A DNA stretch of 64,000 nt from an uncultured Rickettsiales bacterium (GCA_964383745.1 CAYLHV010000002.1:19625-83624); one strand, 5' to 3'; numbered from the stretch's first letter, positions 20,945 to 30,203 are shown. Notes: generated from the sequence alone by a model not told the origin. Made by a program: numbers and translations.

Positions 20945-22057
20945 ATGGCAGAATCATCCCAAGAACATAATCTAAAATCTTTAAAATTATTTGACTTTTC
21001 TGACTTTGAGCTAGATTCATTTCCCAAAAAGGCCGATAATTTAATTGAACTCACTCTCGTTAACGGAAAGATTTCTAAAGATTTAAGTGAGAGAATTGCT
21101 GAAATCAGCTCTTTGCAACAACTGACAATCATTGACTGTAATGTTGATGAGAATTTTGTCGAGATTTTCACAAATTTTGCAAAATTAGAGAATTTAAAAA
21201 AAATGGAAGTGGTTGATTCTGAAATCACAAGCCGTGGTTTTCTTGAGATTGCAAATAAATTCCAAAATTCAAAAATCGAAAAACTTGCTTTTGCAAATAA
21301 TGTCATTAGCGATGAATCAAAATATTTTTCCGAAGCAATTGATTCTCTTAAAAAAATGAAATCTCTATCTGCAATTTCTCTTTCAAATAATGCAATTTCT
21401 GATGCAGGTGCTGCAAAAATTGCAGAATTAATTAACGAAAATCTCATCATTAAAAATGTTTTATTAGCAAAAAATGCAATTTCTAATGATGGAGCTTTCA
21501 GTCTTTTAGGTGCCATCTCGGAACATCCATCTTTTGAGAGATTGATTCTTGATGACAATTTAATCGGTGACATACCTGCATTGAGCGGTCTTTTAATGAT
21601 GAACCAGAATGAGAATTTGCATTTAAGCTTCAGTGATAATTTCCTGACAGATTTTTCTGGTAAATTCTTTTTAGAAAATTTCCAAAATGGGCATGTGAAA
21701 CCTTTGCAAGCTCTAATTCAAAAAAATAAATTTTCCCATGATCTTCAGGAAAAAATAAATAATATCATTCATCCTCATGTGATAAAAATTCAGAATTTAC
21801 TGACAGAATTCAATAATATTGAGCTGACCGTCACAGAAGATCTAAAATTAAAAATGCCAGAATTTCTAAGACATTTTAGTTTGAACTATGAAAATGTTAA
21901 TTTGCCAGATTTTAAAAATGTTGAAGCTCCAATGGAAGAAATTTGTGCAAATCAAAAAGAGATCAGGCTTTTGCAAAAACCAAGCGGCATTCTTGAGGAA
22001 ATGGCTTTTTCTGACATTTGGGGCGAAATTAATGATGTAGTTTGTGAATTTCTCTAA
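20945..22057 (+). CDS. Leucine-rich repeat protein, ribonuclease-inhibitor (RNI) type
   Basis: Repeats of about 28 residues, for example LSAISLSNNAISDAGAAKIAELI and NVLLAKNAISNDGAFSLLGAI. No signal peptide. Confidence 0.75.
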   Translation: MAESSQEHNLKSLKLFDFSDFELDSFPKKADNLIELTLVNGKISKDLSERIAEISSLQQLTIIDCNVDENFVEIFTNFAKLENLKKMEVVDSEITSRGFLEIANKFQNSKIEKLAFANNVISDESKYFSEAIDSLKKMKSLSAISLSNNAISDAGAAKIAELINENLIIKNVLLAKNAISNDGAFSLLGAISEHPSFERLILDDNLIGDIPALSGLLMMNQNENLHLSFSDNFLTDFSGKFFLENFQNGHVKPLQALIQKNKFSHDLQEKINNIIHPHVIKIQNLLTEFNNIELTVTEDLKLKMPEFLRHFSLNYENVNLPDFKNVEAPMEEICANQKEIRLLQKPSGILEEMAFSDIWGEINDVVCEFL

Positions 22058-22770
22058 ACCCCGAAGCTTTTCACAAGATTTCCGCAAATTAAATACCAGC
22101 CATCAATGATGACGAAAAATATGATCTTAAAAGGCATTGAAATCATCACTGGTGGCAACATCATCATTCCCATTGCCATTAAGATTGCGGAGATTGCAAT
22201 GTCAATTACAAGAAATGGAATGAAAATTAGGAAGCCAATTTCAAATGCTCTTTTGAGTTCACTGATCATGAAAGCCGGAACCAGTGCCTGAATTGGAACT
22301 TCTTCTGGCTTCTCAAGTTTAGGAGTTTTAGAAATTTGTAAAAATAGTTCCAGATCTTTTTCTTTAACATTTTTAAGCATGAATTCTTTAAATGGCCCTA
22401 CCACCGGAACCAGAGCTTGTTCTTCTGTGATTTTCCCTTCAATGAGCGGCACCACGCCTTCTTTATAGGATTTTTCAAAAACAGGACCCATGATGAAAAA
22501 TGTTAAAAACAGCGCAAGGCTGATTAGAACTGAGTTTGGAGGGCTTTGTTGCAGGCCAATGGCGCTTCTTAAAAAAGAAAAAACCACAATGATTCTGGTG
22601 AAGCAAGTCACCATGATTAAAATTGACGGTGCTAAACTCAAAATGGTGATGAGAAAAATCATTTGAAAAACGCGACTTGTCAAATCACCACCCAAATCAA
22701 ATGGGAGACCATCTGCTAACGCAAATTCAGGATTTAGAAATAATAAGATTAATAAAAAATATTTTCTCAT
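22054..22770 (-). CDS. fliP: Flagellar type III export gate protein FliP
   Basis: Signal-like N-terminus and four TM helices. Conserved segments include FTRIIVVFSFLRSAIG, PPNSVLISLALFLTFFIM and FKIIFFV..DGW. Confidence 0.92.
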   Translation of the reverse strand: MRKYFLLILLFLNPEFALADGLPFDLGGDLTSRVFQMIFLITILSLAPSILIMVTCFTRIIVVFSFLRSAIGLQQSPPNSVLISLALFLTFFIMGPVFEKSYKEGVVPLIEGKITEEQALVPVVGPFKEFMLKNVKEKDLELFLQISKTPKLEKPEEVPIQALVPAFMISELKRAFEIGFLIFIPFLVIDIAISAILMAMGMMMLPPVMISMPFKIIFFVIIDGWYLICGNLVKSFGV

Positions 22771-23036
22771 ATGTTCTTTTTCTCACATTTTAAAAGGGTT
22801 TCAGAGTCGCGACCAAGCAAGATTGTGAATTCTTCTGATTCGTCAATTGTGAAAATGATGATTTTGCGTTTTTGATCTAGAATTTTAACTTCACTGATTT
22901 TAATTCTCTTATTTTGCATTTGGATTTTGAAATTATCAATTAACCCTAATTTACGCATGATCAAGAAGGCAGCCAGCATTAAAATCAGAATGAAAGCAAG
23001 TCCTGTGAAGACTCTGATGATCATTTCATTTTCCAT
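22767..23036 (-). CDS. fliO: FliO-like single-TM protein
   Basis: 89 aa with one N-terminal TM helix followed by a beta-rich segment (KILDQKRKIIIFTIDESEEFTILLG). It overlaps the fliP start by 4 nt, the usual fliO-fliP arrangement. Confidence 0.55.
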   Translation of the reverse strand: MENEMIIRVFTGLAFILILMLAAFLIMRKLGLIDNFKIQMQNKRIKISEVKILDQKRKIIIFTIDESEEFTILLGRDSETLLKCEKKNI

Positions 23037-23361
23037 TTTCTTGACTCACAAAATTTGCATCAATATATTTCCGATGTTTTTCTGCATTTAGAGAAATATC
23101 GAGAATCGCATCTCGGAGATTAATCATTTTCTGATCCCAAAATTTTTGCCAATTCTGCAGCACAGAAGCAATTTCTTCTAAAAAAGTTACATATTGTTTT
23201 TTATGATCATCACTAAGCTGATTTAATTCTGCAATGAATTCCATCACTTTGTCGTGATATTCATTAAACATTTCAACTTGCGCTTCCATGATGTGATGTG
23301 CGTTTCTCTTTTCAATTTCTCTGATTTCGCTGATGATTTTTGTGATTTTTTTATTCATCAT
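23026..23361 (-). CDS. Hypothetical all-helical 111-aa protein in a flagellar export operon (possibly chaperone- or FliJ-like)
   Basis: The ORF begins 1 nt after the stop of the FlhB-like gene and overlaps the fliO start by 11 nt. No family was recognised. Start taken at MMNKKITK. Confidence 0.45.
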   Translation of the reverse strand: MMNKKITKIISEIREIEKRNAHHIMEAQVEMFNEYHDKVMEFIAELNQLSDDHKKQYVTFLEEIASVLQNWQKFWDQKMINLRDAILDISLNAEKHRKYIDANFVSQENGK

Positions 23362-23362
23362 T

Positions 23363-23632
23363 TTAACCCTTATGTTTATTTTGATAAATGAAAGATAGAA
23401 TCTCTGCGACCGATCCATAAACCTCAAATGGAATTAGCGAATCTACCTCTAAAATTGAGAGAATCTGCACTAATTCTTTATCTTCCTTGATGAGAATTTG
23501 ATTTTCTTTTGCAATTTTGAGAATCTGTTTTGCAAGCTCGCCGCGACCAGAAGCGGTGATTTTTGGTGCATCCATGATGTCTTTATCATATTTTAAAGCA
23601 ACTGCAAGCATTTCTTTTTCTAAATTTTTCAT
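23363..23632 (-). CDS. Small FlhB C-terminal-domain-like protein (EscU/YscU/HrcU family stand-alone domain)
   Basis: AVALKYD....APKITASGRGELAKQILKIAKENQILIKEDKELVQIL......IPFEVYGSVAEIL matches the FlhB cytoplasmic domain downstream of the NPTH cleavage site. There are no TM helices. Confidence 0.75.
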   Translation of the reverse strand: MKNLEKEMLAVALKYDKDIMDAPKITASGRGELAKQILKIAKENQILIKEDKELVQILSILEVDSLIPFEVYGSVAEILSFIYQNKHKG

Positions 23633-23827
23633 TAATCTGCACTTGTAAATTCTAATTCTAGTCACCATTTAAGCTTATATGCCTGGACATATATTTTAAC
23701 TTAAAGAATATGTTTGTGAAGATGATATCAACTTTTAGTCTTTTTAAAAATAGATATTTTCAAAACTTGACTAAGTTTAAGAAAAAATGTAGTCTATGAA
23801 GCAATTGTCTACCAATAAATTTAAATT

Positions 23828-25102
23828 ATGAACGGAGAAATTATCTTGAGCAAATTTTTAACACCTTCAAATAGAAAAATACTTAAATATAGTTTCTTCA
23901 GCAGCTTGCTTGAGCTTTATGAATTTGCTTTATATGGAGTGATGCTTTCAATTCTGTCTAAAAAATTCTTCCCAGGAAATGCGCAGACGCAGATTGTGCT
24001 GGCATATTTGGCTTTTAGCCTCACTTTCTTAGTGGCACCAATCTCTTCCTTCATTTGGGGATATATTGCTGATAAACGTGGCAGGGTTAAGATGATTCGA
24101 ATGACTTTGAATTTAATGGCATTCCCATCTTTCATCATTGCTTTCCTGCCAACCTATGACGAAATTGGCGTTTATGCTTGCGTGATTTTGGTCATTTGCA
24201 GAATCTTGCAAGGAATCAGCTCTAGTGGGGCTTATGGTGGAATTAAAATTTTTGCTTTTGAATCAATTGGTAATGACCATTTAGGTAAAACAGCAGGGAT
24301 CTTGAGCTGTGCCGGCGCCTTGGGCGTCTTAAGCGCGAACTTTGCTTCTTTCATTGTGACAAAGAATCCTCATATGGAAGATCTTTGGAGATATGCTTTT
24401 TTAGTTGGTTCTGTGCTGGGTGTCATTGGCTTTTTAATTAGAAAAAGGCTCATTGAATCATCAGAATTTCTGAAAGCTAAACCTCCGAAACCTGAGGAAT
24501 TAACATTCAAAGCATTAATGACGACCTATAAAAAACGAATTATTGTCATTTTCTCAGTCAGCTCCTTTCTTGGTTTATTTTCCTATTCAATGCATGCTTT
24601 CATGGTGGTGCATTTAACTAGGCTTGGATTTGAGCATAGTTTTGCCTATTTGCTTTGCATCATGGCACTGAGCTGCACGTGCATTTCTGCAATTTGCATC
24701 GGTTTCAAAATTGATTTCACAAAAAATGAAAATCATATCACAAAAGTTCTGGCATGCTTGATTTTTGTGTTTCCATTTTGCTATTCTTTATTCTTAAGTC
24801 AGGAAAAATGGCAAGCACTTGTCGCAATGGTGATTCTTGGACTGTTCTTAGGTTGCTATTCCCCAACAATCAATATCATCAACTATAAACTCTTTCCAAC
24901 TGCATTAAGAGGCAGAATGCTCCTTCTGTGCTATAGCCTTGGCGTGGCGTCTTTTGGTGGTTTTGCTCCGACGATTTTGAATCAATCAATCAAAATTCCG
25001 CAAAATCTCATTGACCCGAATCTTGTGCCAGGTTTTGTCTTGTCTTTTGCAAGTTTTGTTGTTTATTTGCTTATCAAATTTAATAGACCTAACTCTCAAT
25101 GA
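23828..25102 (+). CDS. MFS transporter (ProP-like)
   Basis: About 12 TM helices, with the MFS loop motif GYIADKRGR between TM2 and TM3. Confidence 0.85.
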   Translation: MNGEIILSKFLTPSNRKILKYSFFSSLLELYEFALYGVMLSILSKKFFPGNAQTQIVLAYLAFSLTFLVAPISSFIWGYIADKRGRVKMIRMTLNLMAFPSFIIAFLPTYDEIGVYACVILVICRILQGISSSGAYGGIKIFAFESIGNDHLGKTAGILSCAGALGVLSANFASFIVTKNPHMEDLWRYAFLVGSVLGVIGFLIRKRLIESSEFLKAKPPKPEELTFKALMTTYKKRIIVIFSVSSFLGLFSYSMHAFMVVHLTRLGFEHSFAYLLCIMALSCTCISAICIGFKIDFTKNENHITKVLACLIFVFPFCYSLFLSQEKWQALVAMVILGLFLGCYSPTINIINYKLFPTALRGRMLLLCYSLGVASFGGFAPTILNQSIKIPQNLIDPNLVPGFVLSFASFVVYLLIKFNRPNSQ

Positions 25103-28100
25103 ATTCATAGGCCTCTTCAATTGTCTTGATGATTGCGTCTTTGTTGTAGGGCTTTGTGATGTGCCCTACAACACCTAGTGAGAAAGCTTTGTTAATTTCA
25201 TCAATGTCAACCATGCCGCTTTGTAGAATGATGGGGATGTTCTTGAATTTAGGTTCTTTCTTAATCACCTCAATGAGGTCAATGCCATACATGTCAGGCA
25301 TCATCATGTCCATGAGAATTAGGTCAATTTCTTCATAATGCTCATAGAGCTTGCTAAGAGCTTCTAAAGCCCCCGCAGCTTCAATCACTCTAAGCCCGTG
25401 ACTGCTGATGACCATGTTTAATGCGTTACGGAGAATTTTCTCATCTTCAACAATTAAGGTGGTTTTCGAGGCTTTGGAAACATTGAAGTTTTTTAATGGC
25501 TCAGCTTTTATTTTCTTCTGATTTTGACTATATGGCAATGCAAAAGAAAATGTGGCTCCTTTTTCTAAATTATTCTCTGCCCAAATCACGCCTGAATGAT
25601 AGAAAATGATGTTCTGACAAATTGCAAGCCCAAGACCAGTTCCACCAGCGCCTGTTTTTGTGTTACTTCCTTGTTGAAAAGGTTCAAAAATTTTCGTGAG
25701 CTCATTTTTATCAATCCCAATTCCAGAATCAATCACTGAGAAACATAAATGCTTCGCGTTCATGGAGTTTTTATCGATTCTGAAAGTTTTATTATCAATT
25801 CTGACCAGAATTTCGCCATATTCAGAAAATTTTATGGCATTTGAAATTAAATTACGAATGACTTGCTTGATTCTTAAAACATCAAAAGGTGCAACTAAAT
25901 CTATGTCATCTTGAATTTCAAGGCGCAGAGAAATTTGTTTTTGCAAACAGAGAACTTTGGATTCTTCGATGATGTCTTCAGCAGCTTTTCTCAAATCATT
26001 TTTTTCAATTTCAAGAAGCATTTTCCCTGAATCAAATTTTGCTACTTCAAGCAAGTCTGACAAGAATGTCATAAGCCTGCTTCCACTGTCAGCAATCATG
26101 TTCACATAGGTCAATTTTTCTTCATCGCTGAAACTGCCCCATTGTCCTTGCAAAATCTCAGAAACGCTGATGATGCCTTGAATTGGCGTTCTGACTTCAT
26201 GGCTGATGTTATGGAAAATCTCTTTTTTATATTCCAACGCTTTCGCCAGCTTCCTGTCAGATTTAATATTATCATTATGAGATTTTTCTAGAGTTAAGTT
26301 GATTTTTTTATTTTGTGTGAGGGCATTTTCCAAATGAGTTGTTTTTTCTTCCACATTTTTCATTAACATTTGGTTCGCTTCTTTTAGCTGCATTTTTGTG
26401 TCTTCAAGCTCTGCATTTTTTATCAGCATTTCGCTATTTTTTTCTTCTAATAAGATTTTACTTGATTTTAATTCGGAAACGGCATTTTTGAGCAGATTAG
26501 TGATTCTTCTGAGGCGCTTTAAATCAAGTTCTCTTAAATATAGAATAAAATAGCTTAACACAGACGTACAAGCAGCTGCATAGATCACATAGTCATAGTT
26601 GTGAGTTAAAATTGTGAAATCTTCTTGTAAGAAATTTTGCACTACAAAAGCTGATGAAACTCCAATTACCATAATGGCAATGAAACTGACCCAATCAACA
26701 AGCAATGTTAAAATGAAAGTGGAAACCACTGTGTTTAAAATCCAAAAATCATCACTTGCCTTGCTGTCAATTGTTAAAAAAGTTGACAGAAATGGTAAGC
26801 AGAATAGTAAAGTAAAATACCAATAAAATGGCAGATATTTTGACGTTTTGGCTTCTTCTTCGCCTTTAGCAATTGTCCATATTACTAAACAGAAGCAAAG
26901 AGCACATGCAATTGCTCTTAAAGTGATTTCCACATGTCTAACGCCACCATTATAGGACCACATGAAATATGGGATGATGTAGATGGCCATTCCTATGAAA
27001 CCAAAAGTTAGATAATATTGTCTGCCATAATATCTGACTTTTTGATGCACAAATTCAATAATTTTAGAAAAGCTGAAAATTGAGAGAACTGCCCCAGAAG
27101 CCTTAGAAAAAAACTCCCGAAATGTTACGCCACCACCAGAATCTTCCGAATTTTTTTCTCCTTTAAAGATTCTTTGTCCACCAAATTGATATAGCACTAT
27201 GAAAAGAATGATGTCTAAAAATGTGATTGGGATGATTCCGTCAATGTGGAATTTGCTTTTCAAATAGAGAACCCATATAATGGATGAGCAGGAACCAAAA
27301 GCAACACAAATTAGGAAATTTCTTAAAGTTAGGATATAGCCCCAAATGCCAAAAATGAATGGTACTAAAAGAATTGTGACCCAAAAATAGGCTGAAAACA
27401 CCACAATCTTCAGAATGTTTTTATACATTAATGCAATGAAGAGAGTTGAACTTCCTAAAAAGAAAGTCATGACTCTGGCAATGATTAATTCTTTTTTCAC
27501 TCCCAAAGAATTTTTGAAAACTGGCTTAATCACATCATTCACAATGGCAACACCAGCAACATTTAAATGTGAATCAGCTGTTGACATGATGACAGCAACA
27601 AGGCCAGAAATGATGATTCCCCTGAGTCCCACAGGCATGATGTTATCAACCAAATAGAATAAAACACTATTCGCCTCTAGCCTGGGGTTAAGTACGTAGC
27701 CCATCATGCCAATTAGAACAATTATGACCGACAGAAACAGACCTATGAAAGCAGCGATCCGAAAACTATTAATGGCCTGTTTGGAGTTTTTTGACAGAAG
27801 AACTCTTTGCAAAATTGTTGGCGTGATATATAGAAAACAAAAAGTCATGAAGAGCATGAAATGTTCCTTAAACCCTTCCATGTCAGCAGTGAAGCTCATT
27901 TTTTCTTGCGGTAATGCATCAAAGAAATTCCTGTAACCACCCACAACTTCCAAAGTCTCAGTATAGACAATTGGAATGGCAATGATGAGAATGGCAAATT
28001 GGAAAAGATCTGTTTTAACAACAGAATTAATGCCGCCAAAGGTTGAATAGAAAATCACAATTCCATAGCCAATGACCACACCATATTCATATGGTATGTG

Positions 28101-28556
28101 TAAAAAATAGTGCATTAGGGAACCAATTGCAAAAATCTGCGCTGCAACGCTTGCAATTGAAATGGCACCCACAGAAATGCCAGAAATAATTTGCCCAACT
28201 CGACCATATAGTTGGAGGAAAATTTCACCAATTGAAATTGCTTGATTGAAATGTTGCTTAATTTTTGGGGCAATCAGCTCAGAAATCACTAAAGGTTTGA
28301 TTGAAAATCCAAATGTCACAATGATATATAAAATGCCATATGTGAAAGATTCAGTGACAGAGCCAATGATGGAATTCCCCCCGATCATTGTTGCGAAAAT
28401 TGTGGCAACCATGACAAAAGTGTGATAGTTCCGATCATGAACAGCATATTGAGAGAAATTTCTGATTTTCTTTCCAGAAAAATAACCAATGGACATTGTG
28501 AATAATAAATAAAAAATCACGATCCAAATGTCAATTGAAATTGAGCTTCCTAACAT
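25089..28556 (-). CDS. Hybrid sensor kinase: sodium/solute symporter (SSS) domain, second polytopic block, coiled coil, HisKA-HATPase and receiver
   Basis: The first ~470 aa are SSS-like (13-TM pattern, GGNSIIG and STADSHL contexts). About six further TM helices follow. The kinase carries the H-box HNISHEVRTPIQGI, N-box RNLISNAIKFS and G-boxes DSGIGI and GTGLGLAI. The receiver has ILMDMMMPDMYG and a conserved HITKP. Confidence 0.85.
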   Translation of the reverse strand: MLGSSISIDIWIVIFYLLFTMSIGYFSGKKIRNFSQYAVHDRNYHTFVMVATIFATMIGGNSIIGSVTESFTYGILYIIVTFGFSIKPLVISELIAPKIKQHFNQAISIGEIFLQLYGRVGQIISGISVGAISIASVAAQIFAIGSLMHYFLHIPYEYGVVIGYGIVIFYSTFGGINSVVKTDLFQFAILIIAIPIVYTETLEVVGGYRNFFDALPQEKMSFTADMEGFKEHFMLFMTFCFLYITPTILQRVLLSKNSKQAINSFRIAAFIGLFLSVIIVLIGMMGYVLNPRLEANSVLFYLVDNIMPVGLRGIIISGLVAVIMSTADSHLNVAGVAIVNDVIKPVFKNSLGVKKELIIARVMTFFLGSSTLFIALMYKNILKIVVFSAYFWVTILLVPFIFGIWGYILTLRNFLICVAFGSCSSIIWVLYLKSKFHIDGIIPITFLDIILFIVLYQFGGQRIFKGEKNSEDSGGGVTFREFFSKASGAVLSIFSFSKIIEFVHQKVRYYGRQYYLTFGFIGMAIYIIPYFMWSYNGGVRHVEITLRAIACALCFCLVIWTIAKGEEEAKTSKYLPFYWYFTLLFCLPFLSTFLTIDSKASDDFWILNTVVSTFILTLLVDWVSFIAIMVIGVSSAFVVQNFLQEDFTILTHNYDYVIYAAACTSVLSYFILYLRELDLKRLRRITNLLKNAVSELKSSKILLEEKNSEMLIKNAELEDTKMQLKEANQMLMKNVEEKTTHLENALTQNKKINLTLEKSHNDNIKSDRKLAKALEYKKEIFHNISHEVRTPIQGIISVSEILQGQWGSFSDEEKLTYVNMIADSGSRLMTFLSDLLEVAKFDSGKMLLEIEKNDLRKAAEDIIEESKVLCLQKQISLRLEIQDDIDLVAPFDVLRIKQVIRNLISNAIKFSEYGEILVRIDNKTFRIDKNSMNAKHLCFSVIDSGIGIDKNELTKIFEPFQQGSNTKTGAGGTGLGLAICQNIIFYHSGVIWAENNLEKGATFSFALPYSQNQKKIKAEPLKNFNVSKASKTTLIVEDEKILRNALNMVISSHGLRVIEAAGALEALSKLYEHYEEIDLILMDMMMPDMYGIDLIEVIKKEPKFKNIPIILQSGMVDIDEINKAFSLGVVGHITKPYNKDAIIKTIEEAYEFIES

Positions 28557-28800
28557 AATGCAAATTCTCCATTAAACGAAACATAAATTTCCTGAGACTG
28601 TTTTTTGACATAATTCACAAAATCAAGTACCAGTCACCATGTTAATTAAGTGTTACCGCTTCCTTAAAACTTCAAGACAAGAAAAACATATTTTTCAGGA
28701 TAACATAACCAAAAAAGAACACGCAAAGAAAATTATACTTTAACCAAATTAAATGAAGCAAATTCTAAAAATGTAATAATTAATACACAATTAATGGATT

Positions 28801-29727
28801 TTATCCCTTTTTGTTTAGTGGATGCTTTTTTTCTATTTCTACTAAAAGCTTTCCAGAATTCACATGTGTGTAGATCTCTGTGGTGCTGATGTCTGAATGG
28901 CCGAGTAGCTCTTGAATGCTTCGTAAATCTGCTCCTGCAGAAAGTAAATGAGTTGCGAAACTATGTCTTAAAACATGTGGAGAAACCAAAGAAGGGTCAA
29001 GACTGCATTTTAAAGCAATTTCTGCCAGAAGCTGATGGAATCTTTGTCTGGTGATGTGACCCTCTTTAGAATTTGATGGAAAAAGCCATGCGGAATCTTC
29101 ACAATTTTTTGGAAAAAATTCTTTCCTAATTTGCAGATATTCTTCCAAAGCCTTGATTGCTTTTGAGTTTAAAGGCACGATTCTTTCTTTTTGACCTTTC
29201 CCAATGATGAAAAGATGGTCTTTCACTTCACCTGAGCCAAGAACTGAGATTTTTAATGTCACTAATTCTGAAATTCTCATTCCGCTGGCATAAAGCATTT
29301 CAAGCATAGCATGGGTTCTTCTGTCTTCCTTAGAGAGATTTTGACTTGCAAAATCAAGTAATTTGAAAATATCTTCTTCACTTAAAAATTTTGGCAGCTT
29401 CTTTGAGATTTTGGGAGTTGAAATTAAAATTCCAGGATCATCATTCCGATGATTCTCATTAACAAGGAATTTATGAAAATGCTTGATGGAAGAGGTTTTT
29501 CTGGCAATGGTCCTGGCGCTTAGCCCCTGCAAATGAAGTTGCTCTAAAAAGCCAGATAAATGTTTTTTTTGCGCATCAAGAATTTTGATTTTTTTCTCTT
29601 TCAAAAATTGATGATATTGCTCAAGATCATTTTCATAGGAAATGATGCTGTTTCTAGCAAGATTCTTTTCAGCAACCAACATTTCTAGAAAAAATTCTAT
29701 TAAACTATTTTCGTTTTTTAATGTCAT
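28801..29727 (-). CDS. xerD: Tyrosine recombinase XerD (XerC/D family)
   Basis: Catalytic region HVLRHSFATHLLSAGADLRSIQELLGHSDISTTEIYTHV, plus the N-terminal SIISYENDLEQY. It is divergent from aroK, as is common for xerD in alphaproteobacteria. Confidence 0.85.
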   Translation of the reverse strand: MTLKNENSLIEFFLEMLVAEKNLARNSIISYENDLEQYHQFLKEKKIKILDAQKKHLSGFLEQLHLQGLSARTIARKTSSIKHFHKFLVNENHRNDDPGILISTPKISKKLPKFLSEEDIFKLLDFASQNLSKEDRRTHAMLEMLYASGMRISELVTLKISVLGSGEVKDHLFIIGKGQKERIVPLNSKAIKALEEYLQIRKEFFPKNCEDSAWLFPSNSKEGHITRQRFHQLLAEIALKCSLDPSLVSPHVLRHSFATHLLSAGADLRSIQELLGHSDISTTEIYTHVNSGKLLVEIEKKHPLNKKG

Positions 29728-29751
29728 TATCTTGGATTATAGAATAAAAAA

Positions 29752-29786
29752 AAGCCTCTTCAAATAATAACAAATAAAAGAGGCTT
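29752..29786 (-). terminator. Rho-independent terminator (minus-strand sense)
   Basis: AAGCCTCTT (29752-29760) pairs with AAGAGGCTT (29778-29786). On the minus strand the hairpin is followed by T7. It lies downstream of the small ORF and only about 18 nt upstream of the xerD start. Confidence 0.45.
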
Positions 29787-29810
29787 ATTCAAAAAAAATC
29801 ATAAATGATT

Positions 29811-29969
29811 TTAATTTAATGTGTCAGAATTTTCAATTTTTTGTAAAAATTCTTGAACTGAATATTGCGTGATAATGTCTGTTGGTTTATATTCGGCAGC
29901 ATCATTTGCCACAAAATAGACACCAGCAGAAACCAGCAATCCAGCAACTAATTTTAATGTGATATTCAT
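29811..29969 (-). CDS. Small 52-aa membrane-anchored protein (below the ORF-track cutoff)
   Basis: ATG at 29969 preceded by AAGGGGTG. The translation is MNITLKLVAGLLVSAGVYFVANDAAEYKPTDIITQYSVQEFLQKIENSDTLN. A terminator hairpin follows. Confidence 0.4.
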   Translation of the reverse strand: MNITLKLVAGLLVSAGVYFVANDAAEYKPTDIITQYSVQEFLQKIENSDTLN

Positions 29970-30203
29970 AAGTACACCCCTTAATTTCACGTTAAAAAAT
30001 ATTTACAATATGGATTTTTACTGTTTGAATCTACACAAAATTAGTGTATATTCTTTAATGGAGCTTTGAATTTATTGAGTCGCAATTTTTTAAACTTAAA
30101 GTTGAGATTCATAAATAGCAGCGCCCTCAAAATCAATGTTATCCTTACTTTTCAAGAAAGTAAAGATTTTTTCGTTCAATCAATAGTTTGAGGCATAAAA
30201 AAA

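Noticed and set aside
20938-21573. 211-aa ORF antisense to the LRR gene
   Set aside because: It lies entirely inside the sense LRR ORF, which has clear repeat structure. The antisense translation is low-complexity (Ser/Phe/Ile-rich) and has no start context. This is a typical shadow ORF of a repetitive AT-rich gene.
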